A stretch of 64,000 nt of DNA from Psammoneis japonica (taxonomy: Eukaryota), in assembly GCA_008632985.1 (NCBI GenBank), contig QPGO01000091.1, forward strand, positions 62,001 through 126,000. The letters are read 5' to 3'. The notes below the pieces were generated by a model. That model was not told the origin of the DNA and made no database searches. It saw only the letters and a program-made list of their open reading frames with translations. Positions 49,420-62,047 of this stretch are shown one piece after another. Numbering within the stretch: position 1 is the stretch's first letter; every line of letters begins with the position of its first letter. The position numbers and the translations under genes were made by a program.

Positions 49420-51744
49420 CTACTTGCTTTTGCACTTGGTCTCCGCCTTCACGCAGGACTTATCGTCATCCTGAATGACGATACGGGACGAAAACGGCGG
49501 ACTCTTTTCACCATTCATGTGAGCTACGTACTTGAGAAAGAAGACGTGGTACTTCTTGTCCGATTCGTTCTTCGCAAGAAAACAAAAATAATCATTTGTT
49601 TCACCGAAATTGTCACAGGTCTCGGATTCAAACTCCTTCAACGCTCCTCCCTTTAGGTGTCGAACGTCTTCCATCTTGAGCTGGCGACGAGACGGAAGCT
49701 TGTTTGTTGCCCAACTCGAGAGTTTCGTGACTTCGATGGACGGTGTCGTCAAGTTGGAACAAGCCGCCGAGACCTGAACAAAGCCGCTCTTGGGAAAGCA
49801 GACATACTTGTCCTTCTTATCTTTATTCCTCCTAGCACACGTGGTTCGGACATGGCGGGTTGTGTGACAATGCAGTCATTGAGTTTTGTATCAGGGGTAG
49901 TGTCAAATAACGACATGGGCGGATTGGGGCTTCGCAGTGGGTGTTGGATGTTGAGTTGGTGGCTCTGAAGGAACTGTTGATGGGTCGTTTGTGGGCATGA
50001 CTGTAGGAGTCGATGTTGGGTACGAGGATTTGTAGGTGGGTGCTAGCGTGACTGCTTGGGTGGGCAGGGTAGTTGGGTACGAACTAGGCATTGCAGTTGG
50101 ATTCAAGGTCGGAGCTGCCGTCAGGTTAGGAGTTGGGGAGCTGGAAATACTGGTTGATGGGTTCGGCGTCGGTTTGGTCGTTGGGCCGCGTGTGGGATTG
50201 GATGTTGGATGCGATGTCGGAGACGCTGTTGGAAAAGACGTAGGATCGCCACTTGGGTAAGTTGTCACAAGTTTTGTTGGCTTGGAGGTCGTGGCTGCTG
50301 TCGGGTAGGGCGTGGGCCGTGGTGTTGGGTTCAAGGTTGGCTTCATACTTGGGACGGGAGTAGGATTCGGTGTGGGACTCGGGGAGACAATCAAAGACGG
50401 AGAAAAAGAAGGATGTGCTGTTGAGCTATCGTTCCTTTCTGAGTCACAAGTAACCCCGTCGCTCTCAAGGGTTCTGAGGACCGCGTCAACCGACTTCTGA
50501 GAGAAGCCTAAACTCCCAGATGTGACAAAGGGACTCATTATATACTCGCCTTCTTGGTCTTCTAGATGCCCGACTCCAAGGTTGTGGGCGAGCTGCGAAG
50601 ACACGAAGAAGGAATCATTAGCTACGCAAAAGGAAAGCGGCTAGCATGACTACCTCCGTCGAAAACATACCTCATGCGCATACACGACTATTTGACGTGC
50701 AACATTTGTCCTGCTATACTGCATATAATTGACTCCATACATCCATTTCTTATTGCAAACGGTGCCAACGTATGCACAACCAACGGCGGCACTCCGAATG
50801 GGAGCGCCGGAGAACAAGTGAATGGCATCAGCGTCGTCTACATCAAGAGTGTCACGATTTTCCCTCATCCACTTTGAGAACTGCGAAAGGAAGTGATCCG
50901 CTTCATTATCTTTTGGGCGGGTGCAAGGGTTGTCGGTATTCATGTCTTTGAACACATCTTGATCGTAGTTGCAATTGCCACGAATGCCCGTGATCTCTAG
51001 TCTCACGCACATGTCGTTTTCAAAGTACAATGATGCACCCAATACGATATCGAGGATGCATCGTTCCGCGTTGGCGTACCCACCATACTCCCGACAGAAC
51101 GCCTCGTCAAAGACAACGGCAACATCGACAATCTTGAACGTTTGGCACTCAGACGAACTGCCATCACCACGAGTATAGCGAAACGCGAGATCCCTGCCGT
51201 GCTTTCCGGTTTTCCTGTTCAAGAGTCGAAGGCTAGTATGATCTGCTTCTTCCGGCGCTGGGATGGCATCAATGCTGTGCATTTCACGCTCCTTTAATTC
51301 ACTCTGGTCGAAGGTGACGTAGCTATTGTCTTCGTTGCGAACCAACACGGTCACTTTCCTCTCATGAGTTTGGATGGATTGCTGGTGAATTTCAGCATAC
51401 TCAATCTCTCCATTTTCGTCGGTGCATACTTGAATGACTGTTCCATCGGGATACGTTGCTCGAAAAACATTGACGGGGATATTCTGTCCCGTTCGAACGT
51501 CATACACGCCGTTGTCGGTGGGAACAAAGTATCTTGAAGAAAAGGCATCAGTTTGAGCAACTAGATTTCCATCAAGCGGGTACTTCTTCCCATCCTTGGC
51601 GGTTACAACACGATCGGAAAGGCTCTGAAGAAAAGGATCCGCGTCAGCTTTCAAGTCCAGTCCTTCAAAGTTGGTGCCAGTGGCAAACAGGATGAGATTG
51701 GAGAATACCGCAAAGGCAACAACTGGCACAACGCTTAGTAGCAT
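49420..51744 (-). CDS. Secreted M12B/reprolysin-like metzincin metalloprotease with Pro/Thr stalk
   Basis: Signal peptide and VGCAYVGTVC. Splicing the intron at 50593-50670 gives HELAHNLGVGH and the Met-turn YIMSP. PT repeats follow, and the C-terminus lies in another frame. Confidence 0.85.
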
Positions 51745-52459
51745 CTTTTTCTACGCTCAAACCCAAGGACTTTCGAAATAAAGCAAAACGCTCTTCTAGA
51801 GATGAAAGATATAAAGAATAAAGTATGAGGATACCGGCACACTGAACAAAGATCGCCGAAGGGAAAACATCTTACTCACCGATGTTTTCGCCCTCCGACC
51901 ATTTTATGAAAAGAAACAAAACTCTGAACGACCATCATCATTTTTTGAAAATTTGCACCGAGCTCTCATTGAGGAACCAATGCATGTGTAAGTGTGACTT
52001 TTAATGATTCTTTGAAGTTAATCCCGGGAATCAATTGTTCGAGAAAAATCCGTCATACTTTCACCACACTGAAATTGAGCCCACTCAACAACCAGAGAGA
52101 AATCATTCTCCATTCAAACTCAATCTATGAATGGGTGTCACAATTCTATATACGGTATAACTAAAACGGACTCATAGTGTTCCATGCAGCCGCGGCAGCC
52201 CTACTGTACCAGAAGAAGTCGGCATTTCATACATTGTCATTGTCACCGACCGACCTAGCTACATGTACGTACCGACTCTAGCTATCTACGGTACTCTCTA
52301 CTGGTAGTAGAGTGTAGAGATAGTACCGGTCTACCGCGACACCATTCCATCCGCGCCGCCGGCTGCGCGCAACTTTTCACAGGCTCAGAGGAAACCCACC
52401 CATCTTAGATAGATAGATGTCTAAGAAGGAGGGACACCGTCTATCTGTCTGGCCGGGAG

Positions 52460-55400
52460 ACATTATTTTTTGTGACGGACACACACAAGCGGTCAACAAG
52501 CAGTGAGCAGGCTGATTTTGTGGGGCTACACCATTTGGCTCAGATCGCGTTTCTGCATGAGGCTTTGCAAAACAGGGAGCACAAAAAACAATTTCACAGA
52601 AGAATGTGGAAATGTGTGTGCACACAATCATTTTTGTGCGTGAGCGATCAAAAACTGTCAGTGTCGCACCCCAGCACTGCAAGCTCCCACCCAGGGCTGG
52701 AGTGTGTCGAGCAGGCAACTGGTGCCCCCCATTGATCCCAGTGTTTTCATCCAAATTATCAGCAGATTCAAGAGGAGCAGGAGATGAATGCAAAAGAAAG
52801 GTGTCAAATGTCGGCATCATCTGGCTCTGCTGCTGCTTCACAAGCAGAGTGGCACAAACTTTTGGGAGCGACAGCAGCTGTGTGCTTCTTTGCCTTTTTC
52901 GCTGCTGTTTCAAGCTCAGTGGCAGAACATTGGAAATTGCAGCACTCTTGTTGGCATCATCTGATTGCACGGCAACTGTGCTCAGCTCCTCCACTGTTGT
53001 GCACTCTCACTGTTGCCTCCCTTGTCCAAGGATGCACCACCTCAGCTCTGCTTCCTGGCAGCATTCCCTGAAATGCTTGAGCATTGAAGAGCCATCATTG
53101 TTCCAAAGAGGCTGTGCCACAGGCAAACATGTTGCATGTTCCCACTGCAAATCACAAAATCAGCCATTGTCTGCTGGCTTGGCTTGGGTTTTTCTCATCC
53201 TTTGGAGCATTGTTGTGCCCTCCTCCACATTTGCTTTGTGGCCACCTGAATTGGCAAAGGGATGGCCCACCTTGTGCTGAAGGTCCAGGTGCTGCTTCAC
53301 AGCAATGCTGCTCAACACACAAATCTTGGCAGTTGTCACTGTGCAAACTTTGCTGCAGTTGATGCCTCTGACTGCCCCTCGCCCAACTTGTCCACTTTGA
53401 ACTTTTGGCAACATCTTTTTCAATGTGGGAGAAATTGAAATCATCTGTGCTGACATTGTCATTTGTCCATTGAAGAAATTGACCACACCTCCTGCCATTT
53501 GATCCTTTAACAAGCTCAACTTGGTCCCACAGAAGGGAGCAAATGCCTTTGCCAAAGTCAAATGCCTGGCATGTGTGCGCAGCCTTGGGTTGTTTCAGCA
53601 ACCCCTGCAAATGCTTCAAACACATCATGTGTGAAATTCTTCCAGAAATGCCCAAATGCTGGGTCCATGGCATCATGCTCATCATGCGCACACATGTGAT
53701 GCCAAATGGAAAAATCTGGAGAGACCAGCTTGACATCCAGCCATTGTTGCCATGCGCGCGCTTTTGCACAACAAACTCCAGCACCAGAGCACACACAACA
53801 ACTTTGTGTGCAACATTTGTGCTCCTGCCAGCAACAACAAGAAATCTTGGATGAGACAGCAAAGGGGTGGTGGGTGGTGGATGCAATGTTGCACCATGAC
53901 AGTTGCAAACTTGTGTCAATCACCAGCCCAAAGCTGGTTTTCCCAATGTCTTTGTCTTGCCAGCTGTCCAGCTCATCCAGGAACAAATCTTATGGGCTTC
54001 AAAGTGTCAGCACCCCACTGGACAAACAATGCAGACCACCCTTGTGCTGCTCAACTTGAGCTGAAAAAGATGTGCTCAGCTTGGAAAAGCAACACTTGGC
54101 ACACTTTTTTAATCCTCTGCACCCAAAAAGCTCATCAAGGCAATTGCCCATGGAGGCATGACATGGATGTCACCCATGATCTTGATGGACCAAAAAATGC
54201 ACTCAAACTGGTCTTCAACAGCTGCACACCAAGCACATGTCTTGCTGGATTCATCATGGCAATTGCTCTTGTCATTGATGCAACGATCCATGTCCTGGTT
54301 GCAAGCGATGCTGGTGCTGCACAGCAGGGGAATGCAAGTGATGCATTTTGCCTGGACAATCGTCTCTGGTGCATGGAAACTCATCTGCCATTTGGACAGC
54401 AGCAAGAAGTTGTTGTTTTCTTCCACCAGGTGTTCCTCTTCACACTCTGCTGTCAGATTGACCAGCCTGTCAGAGTGGGGCTCCTGTGCTCCACGCATGC
54501 TCTGTGTGCATGCACATCACACCACACTCCAACTTTGACTCTGTTGCAGCACCACAAGTGGAGTCCACTGCTCCACATCTGTCCCAGATTGCTGGTCTTC
54601 TGGGTGGGACCCCACAGCTCTGCTGGGTCCATGAGGATGACTGCAAGAGGAAGCAGCTGTGATTGAAAAGTCCACACTTGAGTTGGAGGCACACTGGATG
54701 ATGGGAAGCTCAGAGCAACTGACTGTGAGCAGGACAGCACAGCCCACTGGTGGCCCAAAATTTGCAACACAGATCATGTGCTCAAGTCCAGACTCAAGTC
54801 AAGTTTCAAGCCAAGCTTGTCAACCCCAATCTTCTCTCCTGATCCCAGCCTGCCCAAGTTCCACCTTGACCCCCTGCTCATCACCATGGTTCTTGCCAGC
54901 CAACAGTCCATTGATGGCCTCAATCATGTGATTGGCACTGTTTTGGCTCAGCCTGTCAACAGCCCTCTTTGTTCTGCTTTGGCTGTCAACACCCTTGTCA
55001 GGTGTGAGGATCTGCTCTCCCTTGCTCCCTGCCAGGCCCGGCTCCAGCTCCAGGTGAATCCCATCACTGGCCCATTTTTGCATTTGGCACAATGAACTCC
55101 TTCTTTTTTCCAAATCGAAGGGTGAGTGCACACAAAACTTTTGTTTTTTATGTGCACTCACCTTTTTATTTTCAAAATGATTTGAAGAAAATGTGCTGAA
55201 CTGCACAGAAAATCAAACTCTTGTGTGATGGATTGTGGACAACATGGGGCTGGAACAGGCCACCAGTGCCATTTTGACAACCTCCAGTGCAGCAGAAATG
55301 GTGACACCCTTGCACCCCTGCCTCATCATCACAAGGCTCTGCCAGTGGCTTTCTCATCAGTTTCAACACTTTTGAAGGGGTTGCTCAAGTGCACCTGTCA

Positions 55401-57848
55401 GCAGTGACTTCACTTTGCTCACCCATGAAGAGTTCCAAGAGCATTGTCCTGGTGTCCAGGTTGTGTGACATCTCTGCTTTCTAATGTTGCTGCTCGTTGC
55501 TCCCCCTTCACCCAAAAAGCCACATTGCACCACCAGCCACTTGGTCTGCACCCCAACAGACCTGTCATGTGCTGTGGGCCACTCTCAATGTGCTCTAAAA
55601 ACAACATGTCTATCCTGTGCCATGATCCATTGACTGAGCCTTCTGTGTGCCCCAACAGGCCTGTCCCATGCTGTCAGTCAATCTGACCTTGCACCTTCCT
55701 CTGCAAATGGCAGCACACTTGCTGAGGAATGGCCACCATGCCTCCCCAAGTGTCGACATGCCCTGTCCTTTGAGCTGCACTCTCCGGCTGGTCTTGGCCT
55801 TGCCCAGGCTTGTGCCTTCTGAGATGTGGATGTGCCCCATCCTCCAGGTTGCACTTCATTCTTTCCAGGTTGCACTTCATTTGGGGTGCCCTCCCAGAGT
55901 CATCCAGGGCAATCATCCTTGAGCCCTCCAAGCCCTGAGCTGCCAATTTTCATGCATCAGCATCTGCCAACCTCTTCAGGCACCAGCCAATCTTTGTTTG
56001 GAGAGTGACAGTCAAGTCAATTTGCCAATGATGACTGACAGCATTGCTTTGTTTTCCCTGACCTCCTGCCACCAATGCTGCTGCCACCACCAACATTTCT
56101 GCACAGGACAATGACTTGTGTTTTTTGCACCTGCAGATGGGAAGTTGTCTCCATTTTTCATTGTCCATCACCAAATCCTGTTCAGCATGCAGGGCACCTG
56201 ATTTGTCAGATGGGGAGATCACAAGGCCCAAAAAGCAGCTTCGCTGTGTTGGAACTTGAGTCATGCAAAGGTCCACATCTGAGCCTCACAATCTAAAAGT
56301 TAGAAAGATTCAAGCTGTGAAAGAATCAAGCTGTGGCATCAAGCTTGGATTGGAGAATGGAGAGATCATGGCCAAGCTGCACTCCTTTCTCATGCTTCAC
56401 CTTGCCACAAGTGCACACATTTGATCTCTGGGCTGAATCTGCATGCTGTGCCTTCTCAAGAAGCTTTTGATTGACTGAATTTTCAAGAAACAAGGCCCCA
56501 TGGACCAAAATGCTGTTTGTGGTTCTTCTGGGTTTGTTGCATCCCACACTCCAAGTTGTGTGCAAGCATCATGCCGCCTTGTGCAAGAAGCACTGCTCCA
56601 GCACCCTTTTTTGCCCCATGCTGTTTCTGCTCTCATGTGTCCTGTGTCCCAGAACTTTGGTCCCAGGGCTTTTGCTGATTCCATCATTGATGTGGTTCCT
56701 TTGGGGCTCCTTCCAGCAAAATGGGAAGTGACAGAAAAGATTAAACAGGGTTTCAGCTGTGCACAATTTGTCAAGCCCTGCGTTTGTTTGGTTGTCACAC
56801 ACAGGCTTGTGTGCTCTTGTTTCTGCTGGCATTTGTGTTGTGCATGCCATGCAGTTCTGCTCTTGAACCACACAGCTCACATGAAATGAACAGCATCTCT
56901 GTCAGCTCCTGTGATGGTCTCCAGATGGAGACTCATCTGCCATTTGGACAAGAACAGCAAGGAGTTGTCATTTTCTTCTGCCAGCAGATTCCTCTTTGCA
57001 CTCTCCTGTTGATGCAAAACAACTGGTGCAGGTTTTCTGCGTGCAGCAGTCAAAATCCAAAAAAAGCCCTCTGAGCTGTCTTCCACAAAAATTCTGCAAA
57101 CACATCTTTCTGGACACAACTGTGACACCAAGGGCACTGACACACTTTGCAACTCAATTGCACCACTCAGCAGCAAAAATTGTGAGCACAAGATGCCTGT
57201 GTGACTGACCACCAAAACAATGGAAGCGCAAGCAGCCAAGCGGACAACATGTTGGGGGGAGAACATGCACTCAAAGAATTTGGAAGTGTCTTTCCAGGAT
57301 TTCTGGCTGGTGCCCTCTTTCTCCTGCATGGCTCATGTGAGCCATGGCAGAGCCACCATGTGGGGCTCAGCACAAAGAAACAGCACAGGTTTGTCAAGCT
57401 CTGCTTTGACTTTCCTGCGCTGGGCGTGCAAAAAAATCCAACAGAGCCATGTTGGACCTGCACCCCCCCTCTGATGCAAAAACAGAGCAACAGTGTTTTG
57501 TGGTGGGTTTTTGTGGATTGTGTGTGGCACATTTTTTGGTGTGAAAGAGGCAGAGCACAGCTGGTGCCACAAAAGGGCAAAACAACAAACTGCAAAAGGG
57601 TGCGCTGCAGCAAAATGAGCTTTGTGCTGCAATGAAAATTTGGGGGAAAGTCTGTCAGATTTTTGCTTGCACAAAATGCATGATGATGGAAGAAGGGTGG
57701 ACACAACATGCGACCTCAGCACGTGCATCTGCAGCACTGCATCAGAGGCCTCTGCCCAGAGAGGGCCTTGCTGCGCAGGCCTTTGCTCTCTCTCTGCTCT
57801 CCAGCCAGAGAGCACCAGAGCCACTCTCTGGCTGGAGAGAGCAGAGAG

Positions 57849-57883
<35 letters not shown>

Positions 57884-57905
57884 TCTGCTGGCTCTCTCTG
57901 CCACT
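52460..57905. mobile_element. Unidentified hypermutated repeat relic (TA- and CG-depleted) with an internal duplicated segment
   Basis: Composition as in the other mutated domains. About 54370-54450 resembles about 56925-57010 (actcatctgccatttggaca). No domain recognised. Confidence 0.45.
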
Positions 57906-58228
57906 CTAGCTAGCTACAGCAGAGTGCTTCTCGAGAGTAGAGAGAAGCAGAGAGAGTGCTGTAGGGAGCGCGCGTTTCTTCACACATCGTCATTCGTGAC
58001 GGTGCGTTGTTTCAAAAATTTGAACTCTTGCGAGTCGTGTGTGATCATACCGTAACTGCAGTACGGGGCTGTACCGTACATCCTTACATAATGGAGCGTT
58101 GAAAGACAAAAATTCCCATTCTTGAGAAGTCGTGCCACCACCGACAAATGATCATCCCGTCCCTTGGACGAAACACCTGAACAACTTCCCACTTTTTTGG
58201 TTTTTGACCATTTGTAAGGACCGGCATT

Positions 58229-59594
58229 ATGCGTTTCGCCGTCCTTTGTGCCCTCCTTCTTGCTGTCTCGGCACGTTCTGCTACCGCAGACAGAACCACA
58301 TCGACGGAACCAGACGATGGCATTTCTCGTCACCGTTCACGCCTTCGAAGGGAGTTAAGGGTTTCGTCGGACGAGGAAGGCGCAAACTCCATTAAAGAAA
58401 AGAAGAGTAAAACTGCCAAGAAATCCTCGAAACTCAGGAAAAGTCAAGACAGCTATGTAGAAGAAATAGACATATCTCCTGAAGCAATCCCTGGAACCAC
58501 CAACGACGTCTCTGCCATCGACTTCGCTCAACAAGATGCGACAGTCGATGAGGATGCTGACGCAGTAGTTGATAAGGAAACCAACGTCCCTCCCTTTGCA
58601 GCTCAACCAGAGACCGACGTGAACGATTTTGTTCTACCGGAAGCATTGTCCAATGAGGACGCCAATCTTTGGGACGCATTTGACTTTGAAACATTAAGCA
58701 TGAGCATCACAGGAAGCCTGACTGCAGCTCCTTCCCCGGCTCCGACTACCTCTCCAACTCCGAGTCCGACTCCTTCGCCCACACAGAGTCCACCGCCGCC
58801 TCCTCCTCCTCCNNNNNNNNNNNNNNNNNNNNNNNNNNNNNNNNNNNNNNNNNNNNNNNNNNNNNNNNNNNNNNNNNNNNNNNNNNNNNNNNNNNNNNNN
58901 NNNNNNNNNNNNNNNNNNNNNNNNNNNNNNNNNNNNNNNNNNNNNNNNNNNNNNNNNNNNNNNNNNNNNNNNNNNNNNNNNNNNNNNNNNNNNNNNNNNN
59001 NNNNNNNNNNNNNNNNNNNNNNNNNNNNNNNNNNNNNNNNNNNNNNNNNNNNNNNNNNNNNNNNNNNNNNNNNNNNNNNNNNNNNNNNNNNCGCCGCCGC
59101 CACCGCCGCCTCCTACTGAACCTCCTACCTCGGCTCCGACGCCAGATCCTGGAACGTGCAGTGACGCCGACAAAGCTCTTTGCGATGATGCCTATAAGGC
59201 AATGACGGGGTTAAGTAACAACCGCGCCAAATGTTGCCCCGCAACTAGCGGATGCGTCAAGGATGCTTGGGCAGCTCAGGCCACAGTAACCTGCAGCACC
59301 GAATGTGGCGTGGGTTGTATCTCTGGCGAAACTATAGGAAACAACCCAGAGTATCCTTCGACCTATTGTGTCATTTCAGATGTTGTGATCGAAAACATGC
59401 CTTCGTGTGAAGACGTGAAGGCGGCAGCCATGACTGGCCTAATTTGCCAAAATTCTGGTGATCCTCTTTGTTGCGACGGAGGCTTCGATTGCACCACTTC
59501 AGCAACCTACGGACCAACGTCTGCACCGCAGGTTTGCGTCAACCCTCCCAGGGCTACGCCAAATACCAGTCCAATAGATGACTGCCCTCCTTAA
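58229..59594 (+). CDS. Secreted Pro/Thr-rich protein with Cys-rich C-terminal domain, candidate cell-wall protein; spans an assembly gap
   Basis: Signal peptide, RRELR, Lys/Ser cluster, acidic region, PTPS repeats and poly-Pro. After the gap, PPPTEPPTSAPTPDPGTC is in frame with ORF 59202-59594. Confidence 0.75.
58813..59091. other. Assembly gap (N run) within a poly-proline repeat
   Basis: N run flanked by (CCG/CCT)n. Confidence 0.99.
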
Positions 59595-60223
59595 CACTTA
59601 GTTCTTCAGTTAGTGATTTGCATGATTGGTTTTTTTTAATTTCAGAGTGATTCACCATACAGTAGAAGCACGAACAACCAATCTACTCAATGTCGCGCCG
59701 ATTTTTTGTTTATTGCACACGGTGTATTTCAAAGTTTGGGTGCACGCTACTGCGTGAAAGCTCTAGCTTGCGTGAAACGGAAATGCGAGGTGGAGAACTT
59801 ACAAGTACTTTATCTTTTGAAGTGTAGATTGCAATTTATTTTTTTTTCGCTCTGGCAGGGCCCTGCCGGCACCGGCAGGTGAGGTCACTCGTAGCTTCAG
59901 CTGGGCGACAAAAAACCCAAGCACAGACATTGTGCTTTTCTGGGTGTACCACACTAACTACAATACAACATAACGAATTGGCACACAAATTGAACATCCA
60001 TAGAGACAACTGTGATCAGAAACAACAGCGAAATGACAAATTGAAAATAACCCGTTGCTGGATGAGTCGTCCGACTTCCGACCGCGCGCTGTGCGCGCGC
60101 GATGCGTGCAACTCAGCATCATGCCAAAAACGGCACGGTCGCAACAATGACGAACGCATCTGCGTCGGCCGCTTCTTGTACATTCAAACTGTAAGCCATT
60201 CGAAGCAACAGACAAACAGGCTA

Positions 60224-61558
60224 ATGAAGAAGCCTACACTTCTCAAGCTTTTCGGATTCATACTGGGTTCATACCTCTTTCTCGTGTCAATAACAGTGCA
60301 GAAGTTTGATTCTTCCAATCCGTCAGACGCAGATTCGATTGCCATGATGGGGCAACGATTCCCTGAGCGAAACAGTTTGCTTCCTCGAGTTCTTGTTATT
60401 GTCTTTCCTCAGTTTCATAGCGATCCACTCAATGATAAGATGTGGGGCAAAGACTTTACGGACTGGGAAAACCTTCGCTCTGCTCCAGAGAAAAATCGGC
60501 TGGGTTACGCGATTCCTCGCCCCACCGAACTCGGATACTACAATTACACTCACACAGAGCCACGCAAAAAACAAGGAGAGCTCGCTCGACAGTATGGAGT
60601 GGACGGTTTTGTCTTTCATCACTATTGGTTTTACGATGATACTCATCCTGGTCCGAATCTGCATAAGCCGCTTATGAATATGCTTCAAGACGGATATCCC
60701 AACATTCCGTTTTGTTTGCATTGGTGCGCTATCAAGTGGACGGATACATGGCACGGAAAAACGGTAGATACCTTTGACAAAACACAGGATGGCATCCTTC
60801 AGAACCAGTACTTTCCCAAGAACGCTTCTGATCCTGCAATTAAAGAGCACTACAACTGGCTCAGCCAATTCTTCCAGCACCCCAACTACATCAAAGTACA
60901 GGGCAAACCGGTCTTTATGATGTACCAAAAGAAGCCGGGAAGTTTCACGGTGTTGAGAGAATTGCGCCGGTTGGCAATGGAGGATGGCTTTCCGGGACTC
61001 TACTTTACTGTCGGACTTAGCAAATCACACAATGAACTCTTTCCCAACGGCAGCCGGCAAGGACAATGGCACGGGATCAATCATTTTCCCCGAGACGTCT
61101 TTACCAAGACAGTCGCGTATCCACAACCTCTTGACTGGATGTCGAAACAAGTACTAAAAGTCCCGGAGTGGTGCGAGCAGGATCCAATTCCCAAACAGAA
61201 GCGAAGCGTTGAAATTGCAGGCATCTTGAGCTCCTTTGACAACACTCCGCGGCGTGACTTGGAAAGTGCCAATCTCTGGTCGGCCGACGACCCAAAGTTG
61301 GTGGCGTTGCGCTTTCATGATTCACTGTACGCAGCGCTCTACTATGAGGCTTGCTGTTTTCCACACGAGTACAATGCAAACAACACATATCCCGCAGATG
61401 ACGATAGATTCATTCTTATCAATTCCATGAATGAATGGGCCGAAGGGATGGCTCTTGAACCGAGCAATGTGTTTGGACGCAAGTTGTTGGAGGCTGTGAG
61501 GAATGCAAAAGCTTCCCTTCTAGCTAGTGGATGCAAAAAATATGCACACAAGACCTGA
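60224..61558 (+). CDS. WbsX-like glycosyltransferase / GH99-like domain protein with N-terminal anchor
   Basis: PQFH...ND.MWGKDFTDW, LGYY, YGVDGFVFHHYWF, YIKVQGKPVF and NEWAEGMALEP. Confidence 0.88.
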   Translation: MKKPTLLKLFGFILGSYLFLVSITVQKFDSSNPSDADSIAMMGQRFPERNSLLPRVLVIVFPQFHSDPLNDKMWGKDFTDWENLRSAPEKNRLGYAIPRPTELGYYNYTHTEPRKKQGELARQYGVDGFVFHHYWFYDDTHPGPNLHKPLMNMLQDGYPNIPFCLHWCAIKWTDTWHGKTVDTFDKTQDGILQNQYFPKNASDPAIKEHYNWLSQFFQHPNYIKVQGKPVFMMYQKKPGSFTVLRELRRLAMEDGFPGLYFTVGLSKSHNELFPNGSRQGQWHGINHFPRDVFTKTVAYPQPLDWMSKQVLKVPEWCEQDPIPKQKRSVEIAGILSSFDNTPRRDLESANLWSADDPKLVALRFHDSLYAALYYEACCFPHEYNANNTYPADDDRFILINSMNEWAEGMALEPSNVFGRKLLEAVRNAKASLLASGCKKYAHKT

Positions 61559-62047
61559 AGAATCGAGTCAGTCATGTCTCTTTGGATCTGAAATCTGCGC
61601 GGTTCTCGTCCGTGGCTCATGAAGAAGTGTTCTGTTCATCTGTCGCGACACTTTGCGTTGATATTCATACTCCGGTGGGGCACAGATTGAGGACCAATCC
61701 GGACCCGAACCGATGTCTTTTCACGCCGTTGCATAACCAAGGATGTTCATCATACGCTGCTAATACCGCAACTAGTTACTGTACGACAGGTGCAACATAC
61801 GCTACATACGATATACAGTCGAATCTGCTGCGTGCATGCTTGCATCGCCGCAGTATCCCGGACACAATGGAAGAGAACAATGTTCAATGCGTTGATGAAG
61901 TTCAGATTTTAAATATGTTGTCAATAGATCTCGCACTAAGATGCAAGTTATCGGGCTTGTGCAATGTGCTGTTGCCTGCTAGCTTGTATGCTCTTTCTAT
62001 ACAGCAGAGACGACCAAAGCCTTTGATCCCACAATTGATTGAAAAAT

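Noticed and set aside
49900..50400. Gly/Val-rich plus-strand ORFs
   Set aside because: These are antisense shadows of the metalloprotease Pro/Thr stalk.
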